Part shown: positions 62,918 through 64,000 of the stretch, one piece after another | Layout: the number at the start of each line of letters is the position of its first letter | Position numbering within the stretch: position 1 is the first letter of the stretch | DNA from: Mobula hypostoma | Taxonomy: Eukaryota | Length of the DNA stretch: 64,000 nucleotides | Assembly (NCBI RefSeq): GCF_963921235.1 | Contig: NC_086097.1 | Coordinates: forward strand, 151,716,001-151,780,000 | Reading direction: 5' to 3' | Program-made: the position numbers and the translations under genes | Notes under the pieces: generated by a model | Database searches by the model: none | What the model was told of the DNA's origin: nothing | The model's input: only the letters and a program-made list of their open reading frames with translations

Positions 62918-64000
62918 TCATAGAACATAGAATTGAAAGCAGTATAGCAATGGAAAAGGCCCTATCACGCACACTGTTGTGTCAAACTAATTAAATAAGG
63001 AATCAAGTGCCCAACTAAATGAACCCTTCCTGTGTACATAATGCCCATATCCTTCTGTTTCCAGAGCATTCATGTGCCTACCTTTGATCCTCTTGAACAT
63101 CCCTACTGTAGTGGCACTCACACCACCTCAGGCAGCATATTTCAGACACCTATCACTGTCTGTTTTAAAATCATTGCCCTGCACATTTCCTTTGAACTTA
63201 CTCCCTTTCACCTTAAAGGCATGCCCACTGGTATTAACATTTAAACTCTGGGAAAAAAAGCTACTGACTATTTATGTCTCTCATTGTCTTACAAACCTCT
63301 ATCATATTTCCTCTCAGACTCCGCTGCTCCAGAGAAAACTACCCAAGTTTGTCTAGCCTCTTCTTACAGCACATGCCCTCTAATCCAGACAGCATCCTGG
63401 TAAACCTCTTCTGCACCCTCCCCAAAATCATGATAGTCTTCCTACAATGGGGAAACCAGAAAGGATTGCAATACTCGATTTGTGGCCTAACTAGAGTTTT
63501 ATAAAGCTACAGCATATCTTCCTGACTCTTGAACTCAGTTCCTCTATTAGGTAGGTATGCTTTTTGCCTTCTTTACCACCCTATCAACCTGTGCAGTCAC
63601 TTTCAGGGAGCTATGAACCTGTAGCCCCAAGAACTCTCTGCCCATCAACACTGTTGAGGGTCTTGTTATTAACAGTATATTGTCTCTTTAGATTTCATCT
63701 GACAAGTGCAACTCTTCACATATGGCCATCTGAGATCTCCTTGCCCACATCTATAACTGATCTATGTCCCACCGGATCTTTTAGCAGTCTTCTATGCCAC
63801 CACAATATCACCATTTTTTGTATTGTTTGCAAACTAACTAATCCACCCATCTATGTTTGCATCTAGGTCATTTATCACAAGCAGCAGAGGTCCCAATACT
63901 GATCCTTGCAGAGCAGACCTCCAGCCAGAATAAATCCATTGACCACTACCTGTTGTCTTCCTCAAGGAAGCTAATTCTGAATCCAAACAGCAAATTCACC
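62918..64000 (-). mobile_element. CR1 LINE 3' part, degenerate; runs off the window end
   Basis: Reverse tail catagaacatagaa; minus strand KTLVRPQIEYCNPFWFPH, QKRFTRMLSGL. Confidence 0.85.

Overview
Eukaryotic (vertebrate) non-coding DNA, most likely intronic or intergenic sequence from a cartilaginous fish such as a ray. This taxon call is inferred only from the repeat repertoire. Much of the window is transposon-derived: CR1 LINEs (several families, some with the esterase-like ORF1), Rex1/Babar LINEs, Penelope-like elements (PLEs, GIY-YIG endonuclease), tRNA-headed SINEs, two Gypsy LTR remnants (one with a chromodomain), an internally deleted hAT, a Tc1 fragment, a Dong/R4-type RLE retroposon and an L1 3' end. 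No known host gene is recognisable. Most notable observations: (i) PLE termini carry minimal type-I hammerhead ribozyme motifs and repeatedly occur as short fold-back insertions with 12-15 bp TSDs; (ii) a four-level nested insertion Rex1 > Dong/R4 > hAT > PLE at 38.4-41.8 kb; (iii) non-coding retroposons lacking a tRNA head that carry a Rex1-like tail; (iv) a candidate three-exon minus-strand transcription unit (TATA, canonical splice sites, phase-compatible 90-aa ORF, AATAAA) in the repeat-free island at 44.1-45.7 kb. TE family names were assigned by recognising protein motifs by eye, with no database search. Most element boundaries are approximate (about +/-20 bp) unless a TSD fixes them.
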